Source: an uncultured Dehalococcoidales bacterium | GTDB lineage: Bacteria > Chloroflexota > Dehalococcoidia > Dehalococcoidales > GCA-2688105 | DNA length: 64,000 nt | Direction: 5' to 3' | Assembly: GCA_964499445.1 (NCBI GenBank) | Contig: CAZCLE010000001.1 | Span: 29,615 to 93,614 of the forward strand | Shown here: positions 1 through 9,406 of the stretch, piece by piece | Numbering within the stretch: position 1 is the first letter of the stretch | Layout of the letters: each line of letters opens with the position of its first letter | The notes under the pieces: generated by a model | What the model was told of the DNA's origin: nothing | Databases searched by the model: none | What the model saw: the letters and a program-made list of their open reading frames with translations, nothing else | Program-made: the position numbers and the translations under genes

Positions 1-867
1 GGCTCCAGCTACTTGCGCCATCTCCTGCCCTCTACTCTTGCCAAAGAGTTCAATCCGCTTATCTACTTCAGGCACGTATAAGTAACTCATATTTTCAATC
101 ACACCCAGGACGGGCTTATCCATCTTGTTCACCATATTTATTGCTTTTCTAACTACCATAGCGGTTAAATCCTGAGGAGTGAAAACGATGATTACCCCGG
201 ATACAGGAAGGGCTTGCAACACGGTAAGGGAAACATCGGCAGTACCCGGCGGCAAATCTACGACCAGGCAATCGAGCTTGCCCCAGACTACATCCTCCCA
301 GAACTGGGTAATAGCTCGGGACATGAGAGGACCACGCCAGATAACAGCTTCGTCCTCTTGAGGCAAAAAAAGATTCATAGACATAATCTCTATCCCCGAC
401 CTTGCTAGCACCGGCAGAATTCCGGTATCACTGCCACCAGGTCTAGCCGAGATGCCAAACATTCTGGGTATACTGGAACCGGTAATATCGGCATCCAGAA
501 TACCAACCTCATAGCCCTGACGCTTGAGAGCAACGGCAGTAAGGCTAGCCACCAGCGACTTACCCACTCCCCCCTTACCACTCATCACCGCGATGGTATG
601 TTGAACCTGATTTAGCTCGGCAGGCTTAACCTCAACAAATTCTATATCCACTTTATTTCCATCAGACAGCTTCTCTATAACTTCCGTTGCCTTTGTCCTA
701 ACCAGGTCCTGAGCACCTGGACTCAGTGCTGTCGATGCCAGCGTGATACCGATTTTTTGGTCAGAGACCCTGACCTCACGAACCATATTAAGCATCACCA
801 AGCTACGCATCACACCGGGAACCAGCACCTCTTGTAAACCCTCTCTTATTTGTTCCTCAGTTGCCAC
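1..867 (-). CDS. Mrp/NBP35 (ApbC-type) Fe-S cluster carrier ATPase with an N-terminal DUF59-like domain. The 3' end runs off the window.
   Basis: Not in the ORF track because there is no stop codon inside the window. My minus-strand translation starts at GTG 867, with GGAGGG just upstream. It reads VATEEQIREGLQEVLVPGVMRSL...IAVMSGKGGVGKSLVASLTAVALKRQGYEVGILDADITG...VVDLPPGTAD. The deviant Walker A GKGGVGKS is typical of the Mrp/MinD family. Confidence 0.85.
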   Translation of the reverse strand, partial: MATEEQIREGLQEVLVPGVMRSLVMLNMVREVRVSDQKIGITLASTALSPGAQDLVRTKATEVIEKLSDGNKVDIEFVEVKPAELNQVQHTIAVMSGKGGVGKSLVASLTAVALKRQGYEVGILDADITGSSIPRMFGISARPGGSDTGILPVLARSGIEIMSMNLFLPQEDEAVIWRGPLMSRAITQFWEDVVWGKLDCLVVDLPPGTADVSLTVLQALPVSGVIIVFTPQDLTAMVVRKAINMVNKMDKPVLGVIENMSYLYVPEVDKRIELFGKSRGQEMAQVAGA

Positions 868-1072
868 TAAATCTCCCTCCTGTTATCCTTATCGTTTGAA
901 CATAATTCCAGACTTGATGGAATCGACCTCTAACATCACCCCTCAATTATAAGCAATTAACCTCCCGTAGTTCAAGGACTAACTGCCTCTCATTTCAACA
1001 CCTCCCTGAGAAAATGTTAAAATAGCCCAAAGCTAAAGGATAAGACCTGGTAATGAGCGATAAAAAGGTGAC

Positions 1073-1744
1073 TTGGTAATGATTAGACAAAATGTTAGCC
1101 AGATATTAAGTGAACTACCAGATGGGGTTGAACTGGTGGCGGCGGCTAAAACCAGAAAACCTGAAGAGGTGCTGGAAGCCGTCGAATCGGGGGTAAGAAT
1201 TATAGGTGAAAACTATGTCCAGGAAGCCGAGAGGGTCTACGAAGTAGTCGGCAACAGAGCTAAATGGCATTTTATCGGATACCTTCAAAGAAATAAGGTG
1301 AAAAAAGCGGTAAGGATATTTGACATGATAGAAACCGTTGACTCTATTGAAATAGCCCAGGAAATTGATAAAAGATGCGCTCAAATCGGCAAAATAATGC
1401 CGGTACTAATCGAGGTAAACAGTGGTCGGGAAAAACAAAAATCAGGTGTATTACCCGAGAATGCGGAACAATTAGTCAGAGAGATTTCGGTTCTTCCCAA
1501 CGTAAGAGTAACGGGGCTTATGACCATGGGACCCCGTTTCGGAAACCCCGAAGATTCAAGACCTTATTTTGTGGAAACCAAAAAACTGTTTGACCGGATT
1601 AAAAAACTTAATTTACCTAACCTAGAGATGAGGTATCTTTCCATGGGAATGACCAATTCCTATAAAATTGCCCTGGAGGAAGGCGCCAACGTAGTGAGAA
1701 TAGGTAACAAGATATTTGGCGAGAGGGAGTATGAAAGAAGTTGA
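1073..1744 (+). CDS. yggS: YggS-family pyridoxal-phosphate homeostasis protein (alanine-racemase N-terminal fold)
   Basis: 223 aa. Contains AAKTRKPEEVLEAV...IIGENYVQEA...WHFIGYLQRNKVKK...LSMGMTNSYKIALEEGANVVRIG, the pattern typical of YggS/PROSC. Confidence 0.85.
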   Translation: MVMIRQNVSQILSELPDGVELVAAAKTRKPEEVLEAVESGVRIIGENYVQEAERVYEVVGNRAKWHFIGYLQRNKVKKAVRIFDMIETVDSIEIAQEIDKRCAQIGKIMPVLIEVNSGREKQKSGVLPENAEQLVREISVLPNVRVTGLMTMGPRFGNPEDSRPYFVETKKLFDRIKKLNLPNLEMRYLSMGMTNSYKIALEEGANVVRIGNKIFGEREYERS

Positions 1745-1779
1745 CTATCGGGGTTTTGACGCTTCAAGACTCCAGATTC

Positions 1780-2442
1780 TTATTCCAGCGGTAAGAGTTT
1801 TAAGTCCTTGACTATATCATTAAGGTCAGCAAAGGGAATACAATTAAGATTCATCTCCTTACAATAAGTAAGTAGCTCACCGGTAGCGAAAATATATTGA
1901 GCCTGCCTTGCCGGGGAAACATCAGAAATACCATTACCCACATATACTACGCGATAACCCCGGCTCAAAAACGACCTGATATACGCCTCCTTGAAACCGC
2001 TCTCCAATTGGTTGCCCTCTGGTCCTATATACCACGCCTCAACGCCGTTAGGACTGAACCGATTCTGGGCAGCGAATACCTCGATGTTCTCTACACCGAT
2101 ATCTCTTAACACTGCCTCTATATAGAAACTCAGCCCGTTACTTACAATGACAAACCGGAAGCCATTTCTATGGCAATAGGCTATCAGCTCATGAACTCCG
2201 GCTCGTATCTTCACCTTACCCTCGGCAAATTTAAGCAAGGTCTGCCTATCAGCCTTAACCATGGCAAAGGCATGGGTATTGAAATGGTTGACCGATATCT
2301 TGCCCTCCCTATACTGTGTCAACAGTTGCCGCCAGTCCCCATCGGCAAAGGCGTCCAGCAACAGGAAACTCACATCCTTTTCGGTGATGGTACCGTCGAA
2401 ATCACACTGAACCAGGGCTTTCACGGCTTCGGTTGAGTGCAT
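1780..2442 (-). CDS. HAD-superfamily subfamily IB phosphatase (MtnX/PSPase-like)
   Basis: 220 aa. HAD motif I is DFDGTIT, and VIVSNGL and GNGISD are the later motifs. Confidence 0.6.
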   Translation of the reverse strand: MHSTEAVKALVQCDFDGTITEKDVSFLLLDAFADGDWRQLLTQYREGKISVNHFNTHAFAMVKADRQTLLKFAEGKVKIRAGVHELIAYCHRNGFRFVIVSNGLSFYIEAVLRDIGVENIEVFAAQNRFSPNGVEAWYIGPEGNQLESGFKEAYIRSFLSRGYRVVYVGNGISDVSPARQAQYIFATGELLTYCKEMNLNCIPFADLNDIVKDLKLLPLE

Positions 2443-2531
2443 TATTATGCGTAACTCCTATCACAAGCTCGGATTAACTATCAGATGGGAAGGAAGGGGG
2501 TTAAGCGGGGTGGTGATTCTCAGTTTACGAC

Positions 2532-3026
2532 TCACATCGCTTCAGTCCCGGTGTCGGGTTCAATCTTGTGTAACTTGTCCTGGCTCTCTATATGGTCGAT
2601 ATATAAGATACCATTGAGATGGTCGAGTTCGTGTTCCAGAGCCTGAGCCATGAGACCGGTAGCTTTGATTCTAATCGCCTTCCCCTGCCTATCCCAGCCT
2701 TTGACGGTGACCGAGACTGACCGCTTTATCTCGCCATAATAGCCGGGGACGCTAAGGCAGCCTTCTGTCACCTCCCGCTCCCCGCTGCGCTTCACCATCT
2801 GCGGATTGACGATAGCAACAGGCTCCTCACCCGGCATCTGGAGTACCACCACCCGCAGAGATACCCCAACCTGAGGAGCTGCCAGACCCACGCCATTTGT
2901 CTGCCGCATGGTCTGAATCATATCGTCAATAAGCTGCTGAATTGAACCGTCAACGGTTGGCACCCTTTTGGCTTTTTGCCTCAGCACCGAATCACTAGAG
3001 AGGTAACGCATTGCCAGAGTTGCCAT
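2532..3026 (-). CDS. def: Peptide deformylase
   Basis: 164 aa with all three PDF motifs: [18 protein letters not shown] and HELDHLNG. Confidence 0.95.
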   Translation of the reverse strand: MATLAMRYLSSDSVLRQKAKRVPTVDGSIQQLIDDMIQTMRQTNGVGLAAPQVGVSLRVVVLQMPGEEPVAIVNPQMVKRSGEREVTEGCLSVPGYYGEIKRSVSVTVKGWDRQGKAIRIKATGLMAQALEHELDHLNGILYIDHIESQDKLHKIEPDTGTEAM

Positions 3027-3208
3027 GGTGCTGATTACCCCTTTCCCGTATTAGCTACAGCGTAATCCTTTAAGCAATCCAGTCCCAAAGCACAATGTTA
3101 GCATATTTGACGAGACAAGGACAAGTTGACGGCACTAGCCGGGAATAATCTCCGTTTGCTCTGGAAAATAAACTGTGCTAATATGCTTGAGCAGGGTTAA
3201 AACTGCAT

Positions 3209-3285
3209 CGGGGTGTAGCGCAGCCAGGTAGCGCACCTGAATGGGGTTCAGGTGGTCGCCGGTTCAAATCCGGCCACCCCGACCA
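3209..3285 (+). tRNA. tRNA-Pro (anticodon GGG), CCA encoded
   Basis: Hand-folded cloverleaf. Acceptor stem is CGGGGTG/CACCCCG, D stem GCGC/GCGC, anticodon stem CCTGA/TCAGG. The anticodon loop A-T-GGG-G-T gives anticodon GGG with G37. T arm is GCCGG-TTCAAAT-CCGGC, followed by A73-CCA. Confidence 0.9.
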
Positions 3286-3350
3286 TAGATAACAATTAGA
3301 ACGGGGGGGTTGTATAGCTCCCCCTTATTAGTAATGGACATAAAATATTA

Positions 3351-3379
3351 TTGACTTTAGTATTGTTCGAGTATATATT
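3351..3379 (+). promoter_or_regulatory. Sigma-70-like promoter candidate for the Z1 gene
   Basis: TTGACT (3351-3356), a 17-nt spacer, then TATATT (3374-3379), about 60 nt upstream of ATG 3438. Confidence 0.35.
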
Positions 3380-3437
3380 TACCATAAAATATTGAGAATA
3401 ACACGAGGGTCTAGGTAAACATTAACGGGGGCAATAA

Positions 3438-5600
3438 ATGCTAGTTAAAGGGAATTTTTACGATGCTCTGGTGAAAACAAGGGGAGATTCTGAGGACCTT
3501 CAGAATAAAATGGAGGAAACCATCCAGAAGTTCTTGGAAAATGAAACAAATATGAACAAACCGGGGATGCTTCTCGGTAAGATACAAGGTGGCAAGACAA
3601 GAGCTTTCATGGGGATAATTGCTTTGGCATTCGATAATGATTATGACATGGCAATTATTCTAACGAAAGGAACGAAAGCACTGGCTCGTCAAACCTTCGC
3701 AAGACTAAAAAAGGATTTTCGCAATTTCGTTGATGACAACATGGTCAAGCTTTATGACATCATGTTGAATATTCCGGAACGTTTGCCTGGTTTCATTCTT
3801 AGACAGAAATTGATAATGATTGTGAAGAAACAAACAAACAACTTAGACAGAGTAATAAGAATGATTGTCCAAACGTATCCAGATTTAGGTAATAGGAAAA
3901 TATTGATAATTGACGATGAAGCAGATTTTGCGAGCCTTGGATTTACAAAAAAAGCAGAGGGGGACGTTGAGCTGAGAAGAATAGCTTCGCAAATTGATGA
4001 GTTGAGAAAAAAAGTAAAAAAATCTGACTTCTTAGAGGTTACTGCAACGCCTTATGCTTTATATCTCCAGCCAGAGGACACAACAGTACCAAGGGGAGAG
4101 GGACAGTTCGTTTTTGAACCTCAACGTCCAGTGTTTACCGTGCTTCTACCTATCTACGAAGGGTACGTTGGCGGAGATTTCTTTTTTGAAGAGAGTAAAG
4201 AAGAGGGCTCTATTGCGCACTGTGTCTATGAAGAAGTCCCCCTTGATGAATTAGATGCGTTAAGAAGAGAAAATAGAAAGGTGTTCAAAATTGAGGATTG
4301 CCTGACACACAGGAGGGTACAGGTTCTTAGAAGGGGAATCCTAAACTTCATAGTAGGTGCTTGCGTAAGAAGAATACAGCAAAGGAAGTTGCGGAAAAGA
4401 GAAGAGCATTACAGTTTTGTGGTTCATACTGAGCAGGGGAAAGAGGCTCATGATTGGCAAGTGGAAGTCGTTGCGAAACTGAATGAATCGCTTATATATT
4501 GCGCGAATCACAACTTGCCAAGGTTGTCAGAACTTGTACGTGAATCATATGATGACCTTTCAAAGTCTATAAGCATTATGAATACTCCACCAGAATACGA
4601 TGAAGTATTTCAGGAAGTATTGACAGCCTTGAAACTTGACTACTTCTTTATAAGAAAGGTCAATTCAGATGCAGCAGTCGAGCAATTGCTTGATGATAAT
4701 GGAGAACTGGAACTAAGCGCACCTCTTAATGTCTTCATTGGAGGGCAAATTCTGGATAGAGGAGTGACAATAAGGAATTTCATTGGGTTCTACTACGGTA
4801 GAAGACCTAGAAAGTTCCAGCAAGACACGGTATTGCAGCACTCGCGGATATTCGGAAATAGACCGAGGGAAGACCTAGCAGTAACTCGTTTTTACACTGC
4901 GTTAGAGATATATTCAGTTCTTGAAAGAATAAATGGATTTGATAACGCATTGAGGGAAGCTTTTGAAAAAGGTGCACACGCCGGAGTGGTATTTATTCGC
5001 AAAGATTCGTCTAATAGAATCCTTCCTTGCAGTCCTAACAAAATTTCTATTTCGTCAACGACCACGTTGAGACCGGGTATGAGGATGTTACCCATAGGAT
5101 TCCAAACGGATTACATAAAAAATATCAGGGGTAGAATAGAGGAGTTAGATAAAGTTATTTTTGGTCAGATGCCTGATGAGAAAGGAAAAGCTTTCCTAAT
5201 TGAATTTTCTACTGCAAACTCAATCATAGATATAATAGCCGAAACACTGGTGTTTGAACTAGATTGGGAGTGGGAGGCATTCAAATCGTGTATGGAGTTC
5301 TTATCAAAGAACACCGAAAATAAAGAAACACAAGGTAAGGTTTGGTGCTTGGTAAGGACTGGAAGGGACATTAGCATTAAGAAGAAGGACGGGAGTTTCA
5401 CTGATGATGTAGATACAGGGTCAACTGATACAAATCCAGCTAGAAAGATTGCAATTGATATTCCAGCGTTAATTCTAATCAGACAAAATGGCTCTGCGGA
5501 AAAAGGATGGAGAGGTTCGCCCTTCTGGTGGCCAGTTTTAATTGTTCCACAAAGAACAAGGACAATGGTTTTTGCAAATAAAGTAGCGGACGTTGACTGA
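3438..5600 (+). CDS. Z1-domain protein: a P-loop/DEAD-like NTPase fused to a Z1 domain, a putative restriction/defence-type enzyme
   Basis: 720 aa. Walker A is GKIQGGKTRAF, Walker B is ILIIDDEADFAS, and VTATPYAL is present. The C-terminal block GGQILDRGVTIRNFIGFYYGRRPRKFQQDTVLQHSRIFGNRP resembles the Z1 signature (RGLTLEGL...Y.R......DTL.QMGRWFGYR). AT-rich relative to neighbours. Confidence 0.7.
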   Translation: MLVKGNFYDALVKTRGDSEDLQNKMEETIQKFLENETNMNKPGMLLGKIQGGKTRAFMGIIALAFDNDYDMAIILTKGTKALARQTFARLKKDFRNFVDDNMVKLYDIMLNIPERLPGFILRQKLIMIVKKQTNNLDRVIRMIVQTYPDLGNRKILIIDDEADFASLGFTKKAEGDVELRRIASQIDELRKKVKKSDFLEVTATPYALYLQPEDTTVPRGEGQFVFEPQRPVFTVLLPIYEGYVGGDFFFEESKEEGSIAHCVYEEVPLDELDALRRENRKVFKIEDCLTHRRVQVLRRGILNFIVGACVRRIQQRKLRKREEHYSFVVHTEQGKEAHDWQVEVVAKLNESLIYCANHNLPRLSELVRESYDDLSKSISIMNTPPEYDEVFQEVLTALKLDYFFIRKVNSDAAVEQLLDDNGELELSAPLNVFIGGQILDRGVTIRNFIGFYYGRRPRKFQQDTVLQHSRIFGNRPREDLAVTRFYTALEIYSVLERINGFDNALREAFEKGAHAGVVFIRKDSSNRILPCSPNKISISSTTTLRPGMRMLPIGFQTDYIKNIRGRIEELDKVIFGQMPDEKGKAFLIEFSTANSIIDIIAETLVFELDWEWEAFKSCMEFLSKNTENKETQGKVWCLVRTGRDISIKKKDGSFTDDVDTGSTDTNPARKIAIDIPALILIRQNGSAEKGWRGSPFWWPVLIVPQRTRTMVFANKVADVD

Positions 5601-5693
5601 TGCAGTAATAGATTGGATTGATAATAGAACGATAATAAGATATGATTATTTAGTAAAAGGAGGCAAGCGGCCTCCGCCTTTTACACGGGCTAC

Positions 5694-5738
5694 ATGGGGT
5701 TCAGGTGGTCGCCGGTTCAAATCCGGCCACCCCGACCA
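5694..5738 (+). repeat. Displaced 3' half of tRNA-Pro (att-type direct repeat)
   Basis: ATGGGGTTCAGGTGGTCGCCGGTTCAAATCCGGCCACCCCGACCA is identical, 45 of 45 nt, to 3241-3285. The flanking bases differ on both sides. Confidence 0.85.
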
Positions 5739-5911
5739 GTAAACATAAGTCACGGTGGTTGTTGGCTGTCGTAGACCAAGCTTGATACTAATCCCCATAC
5801 CCGCACCGAACGGGACAGTATCCAAACGTCCTGCGGGGCAGATTGATTTTCCTTCATGGATACCACACACGTAACTCGCATTCGATTCTAAAATATGGTG
5901 TGGAGACAGAG

Positions 5912-7318
5912 ATGAAGCGTAAATATGGAAAAGTAACCCGTCAAACTGTTGAAGAATTAACGACAATTGTGGGTAAGGGTAATATTTCCACGGACAAAGG
6001 CGAAATGGAGGGGTATTCTTACGATGAAATGCCGATTACCAAACCTCATGTTCCGCAGGTCGTAGTAAAGCCCAAAGACGCCAAGACAATAGCCAAATTA
6101 CTGGCTTTTGCCAACGAGAAAAGAATTCCGGTTACCCCGAGAGGTGCCGGGACTGGGCTGAGTGGTGGCTGTATACCTATCTACGGCGGCATTGTACTCA
6201 CGCTGGAGAGAATGAACCGGATTCTGGAGATAGACGGGGACAATTTCGTGGCTATCGTGGAACCTGGCGTTATATTATCTGACCTCCGTAATCAGGTAGA
6301 GGAACAAGGGCTCTACTATCCTGTTTACCCGGGCGAAGGGACTGCCACTATTGGGGGCAATGTGGCCACAAATGCCGGAGGAATGAATGCGGTTAAATAT
6401 GGGGTAACCAGACACCATGTTCTGGGACTAGAAGCAGTACTCCCAAATGGTGATATTATAAAAACCGGCGGGGAATTTGTGAAGTGCTCCACGGGCTATG
6501 ATTTGACTCAGCTTATCGCTGGCTCAGAAGGAACATTAGCCGTGATAACCAAAGTCATACTGAAGCTTACCACCAAGCCAACAAAAAGAGAGGTGCTCTT
6601 CATTCCCTTTGTGAATCTACAGAACGCTATTGATGCGGTGCCTGAAATTCTCAGGCTCAAAATGACCCCAATAGGCATCGAATTTATGGAAAGAAGTATC
6701 ATTGAGATAGTTGAGAAACATTTAGGCAAAGAACTACCATATCACGACTACGAGGCGTTTCTCATGATAATAATGGAGGGAGAATCAGAAGACGAAATCT
6801 ACGAGTACTTTGCCAAAGTTGACGAAATCTGCAAACAGCACGGAGCCACTGAGGCCATGATACCCGGCAGCGAGCGGGCAAAGAGAAAACTTCTTGACGC
6901 CAGGGAAAAGTTCTACTCCGCCCTAAGCAGGTTTGCTCCGATGCAAATAGCCGATGTAGTTGTCCCTCGTAGTGAGATAGCCAGATTCATCAGAAGGGTA
7001 AAAGAGATATCGGGAGAATACCAGGTGCCTGTTGTGGGGTATGGACATGCCGGTGATGGTAACGTACATTTGCACCCTATTTGCGTCAATATGAGTAGGG
7101 AGGAATGGGACAGAAGGCTTCCTCACCTAATGAGTGACATATACCGGGCTGGGGTCTCCTTCGGAGGGGCAATATCAGGAGAGCACGGCATCGGTTTTGA
7201 TAAGAAGGCATATCTCCCGATACAGATGGACAACGCAAACTTAAGCATTATGAAAGCCGTAAAGCAGGCTTTTGACCCCAACAATATCCTTAATCCCGGA
7301 AAGATTTTCGATTTATAG
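5912..7318 (+). CDS. FAD-linked oxidase (GlcD / D-lactate dehydrogenase family)
   Basis: VTPRGAGTGLSGG FAD-binding motif and a C-terminal SGEHGIG...K motif. The ORF track starts at 5843. I prefer ATG 5912 (MKRKYGKV, GGAG 6 nt upstream). Confidence 0.8.
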   Translation: MKRKYGKVTRQTVEELTTIVGKGNISTDKGEMEGYSYDEMPITKPHVPQVVVKPKDAKTIAKLLAFANEKRIPVTPRGAGTGLSGGCIPIYGGIVLTLERMNRILEIDGDNFVAIVEPGVILSDLRNQVEEQGLYYPVYPGEGTATIGGNVATNAGGMNAVKYGVTRHHVLGLEAVLPNGDIIKTGGEFVKCSTGYDLTQLIAGSEGTLAVITKVILKLTTKPTKREVLFIPFVNLQNAIDAVPEILRLKMTPIGIEFMERSIIEIVEKHLGKELPYHDYEAFLMIIMEGESEDEIYEYFAKVDEICKQHGATEAMIPGSERAKRKLLDAREKFYSALSRFAPMQIADVVVPRSEIARFIRRVKEISGEYQVPVVGYGHAGDGNVHLHPICVNMSREEWDRRLPHLMSDIYRAGVSFGGAISGEHGIGFDKKAYLPIQMDNANLSIMKAVKQAFDPNNILNPGKIFDL

Positions 7319-7477
7319 ATTCAGGACACAAGAACTGACAATTTACCCCAACGCTTGGAAAGACCTTTTGGTAAGGCTCTAAGCCAATTGGGGCGACAAC
7401 GCACACTCCCCCCTTCCAATCTGTCGGGGAAGCTGAAATGACTTTATTGGGAAGCCCCCGGCAATAGAGGGAATTAG

Positions 7478-8125
7478 TTATGTAGAAACCTTTCGCAGCC
7501 CGTTATCATCCAGCATAGGTCTCACGGTTTGTATCACCTCGTCGATAACATCAGTCAGATTCAGATTCTCCAGTTTGAGTTCCGTCTTCCCCGCTTCTCC
7601 CTTAGTCAGGTCAATGACCTTGTTAATCAGGTTCAGCAGGTGCTGACCACTACCCAAGATGCCGCTGAGACACCGCCTCTGTCCGTCATTGATGTCACCG
7701 GGGACGCCATCCAGCATCAGCTTAGAAAAGCCAATAATGGCGTTAAGCGGGGTACGTAGCTCGTGAGACATACTGGCTAGAAACTCGGACTTAGCCCGGC
7801 TATCTGCTGCCAGCTCCCTGATTTTCTCCATAAGTTCTCGCTGTTGCGCCATCAGTTGTGCATTCTTTTCCTGAAGTTCCCGCTCTGCCCGCTTGCGCTC
7901 AGCCAGTTCTCGCTGAGCCTTCTGGTACTGCCTGCCGTTCTCGATTACAAGGTGCTGCCTCTCATAGCCCTTCCGTCCCAATATGAGCGGCAAGCTTCTA
8001 CCGGTGTTCTCACCATCGTTAACTATCAGGATGTTCTCTTTCCTGTTCCTCCCTTTCTCCTTTTTCATTTCCTCTCCGCCTACACCCCTTCTCTCCAACC
8101 TCAATCCCTGTGGCAGTAAAACCAA
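7478..8125 (-). pseudogene. Truncated sensor histidine kinase: receiver remnant, coiled coil and HisKA, with no HATPase domain
   Basis: 215 aa. ILIVNDGENTG...GYE looks like a receiver start. It is followed directly by a coiled coil and an H-box (SEFLASMSHELRTPLNAIIGF). The ORF stops about 90 aa later with no N/G1/F/G2 boxes, and 160 bp of non-coding DNA follow. Confidence 0.55.
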
Positions 8126-8535
8126 ACTTCATCTGTCTGGGGCTCAATGTAGCAAATGTCATTGCCGATACAAGCCAGATTTATCATGTGTGGCTTGCCT
8201 CGCTCCTCAATTATGGCGACCGACATTAGGAACCCGCTTCTGGCGGCTTGGCGCTGCAATTGAAGAGCATAATCATCACAATCGTACTTAACATCCAGCG
8301 GGCAGACGCCGTCCTCTCCCGCCACCAGGTGAATGCACTCATTAGTGTCATCCTCAGCCAGCCAGGACTTAAGTTCCTCAAGCGAGGTAAATTCGCGCGG
8401 TTCAATTGGTTTCGCAACCACAACTTCCCCGGTAGCTCCTGAATCAGCGTATACCGGTGAATGATTGTTCAGGAATAGTCCAGAAACAACCAGGACCAAG
8501 AGGGTGAAGATTATTATGAATTGCTTGTTTCTCAT
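8101..8535 (-). CDS. Small secreted protein, possibly with a transglutaminase-like Cys-His-Asp fold
   Basis: 144 aa. N-terminal signal-like segment MRNKQFIIIFTLLVLVVSGLF...VYA. The order CDDYA...ARSGF...HMINLA...IEPQTDE resembles a transglutaminase-core C/H/D arrangement. This is a weak, by-eye call. Confidence 0.35.
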   Translation of the reverse strand: MRNKQFIIIFTLLVLVVSGLFLNNHSPVYADSGATGEVVVAKPIEPREFTSLEELKSWLAEDDTNECIHLVAGEDGVCPLDVKYDCDDYALQLQRQAARSGFLMSVAIIEERGKPHMINLACIGNDICYIEPQTDEVWFYCHRD

Positions 8536-8640
8536 TGCTAGACCTCTGCTTTTCTCCTGCTTTCAGCATACAGCCAAGATGAGAAACAAAGCATAAAAAT
8601 CCGTGGGGAGTTATAAACATTCCGTAAACATTTTTGGGGC

Positions 8641-8670
8641 AATAAAAAAGGCACCCGAAAAAGAGTGCCC
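8641..8670 (-). terminator. Possible rho-independent terminator after the OmpR-type regulator
   Basis: The minus strand reads GGCAC-tctttttcgg-GTGCC followed by TTTTTTATT. The stem is short. Confidence 0.35.
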
Positions 8671-8695
8671 CACTGATGGCTTTACTTGCTATGAG

Positions 8696-9400
8696 CTATT
8701 CGCGTTTTGCCACAGCTTTAAACTGATAGCCCACGCCAGGAATAGTGATGATATACTTTGGACTTTCTGGGTCGGGTTCCAGTTCCTTCCGCAGACGACC
8801 TATGAAAACACGAAGATACTCCTTTTCCACTCCGTACTCTGGTCCCCAGAGCTTGCCTAGCAGCATGCTATGGGTAAGAACCTTATTCGCGTTAAGTACC
8901 AGTTCCTGGAGGAGATTATATTCGGTAGGTGTCAATCTGACCTCACGGCTGGCAACAGTTATCCGTCTTTGAGAAAAGTTAATCTCGATGTTATCGCAGG
9001 TAAAGGAAGGTCGAGCCGGTATAGCATGAGCCGCCTCGGTGCGGCGAAACACCGCCCTGACCCGAGCTATCAGCTCCTCCACCCCAAATGGCTTGGTGAG
9101 ATAGTCATCGGCACCGAGGTTCAGGCATTCTACCTTGTCGGCTACATCACCCCGGGCACTGAGCATGATAATCGGGATTTGCGACCACTCACGGAGTCGG
9201 CGGCAGACCTCAAAGCCGTCTATCCCGGGCATCATTATATCCAGAATCAAGAGGTCAGGCAGTTCTCTTTCAATAATCTCGAGGGCTTCAGCACCATCCA
9301 CCGCCATAAGGGTCTGGTAATCCCTGGCTTCCAGGTTAGCGCGGACGAATTTTCTTATTACCGGGTCGTCATCAACAATGAGAATACGAGGGCGGCGCAC
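8696..9400 (-). CDS. OmpR/KdpE-like response regulator (receiver + winged helix)
   Basis: 234 aa. ILIVDDD...DLLILDIMMPGIDG...K receiver. The C-terminal LTPTEYNLLQELVLNANKVLTHSMLLGKLWGPEYGVEKEYLRVFIGRLRKELE matches the trans_reg_C pattern. Confidence 0.9.
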   Translation of the reverse strand: MRRPRILIVDDDPVIRKFVRANLEARDYQTLMAVDGAEALEIIERELPDLLILDIMMPGIDGFEVCRRLREWSQIPIIMLSARGDVADKVECLNLGADDYLTKPFGVEELIARVRAVFRRTEAAHAIPARPSFTCDNIEINFSQRRITVASREVRLTPTEYNLLQELVLNANKVLTHSMLLGKLWGPEYGVEKEYLRVFIGRLRKELEPDPESPKYIITIPGVGYQFKAVAKRE

Positions 9401-9406
9401 TTTACC

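Larger units (their letters stand above)
3286..5738. mobile_element. Decayed integrative islet in tRNA-Pro, with att-like 45-bp direct repeats, one cargo gene and no integrase
   Basis: tRNA positions 3241-3285 (anticodon loop to CCA) recur exactly at 5694-5738. The interval between them is visibly AT-richer than the flanks and holds only ORF 3438-5600. Confidence 0.6.

Noticed and set aside
5646-5966. 106-aa minus-strand ORF from the track
   Set aside because: It reads antisense straight through the tRNA-Pro 3'-half repeat and the glcD-like 5' region. It has no motif and no RBS, so I consider it spurious.
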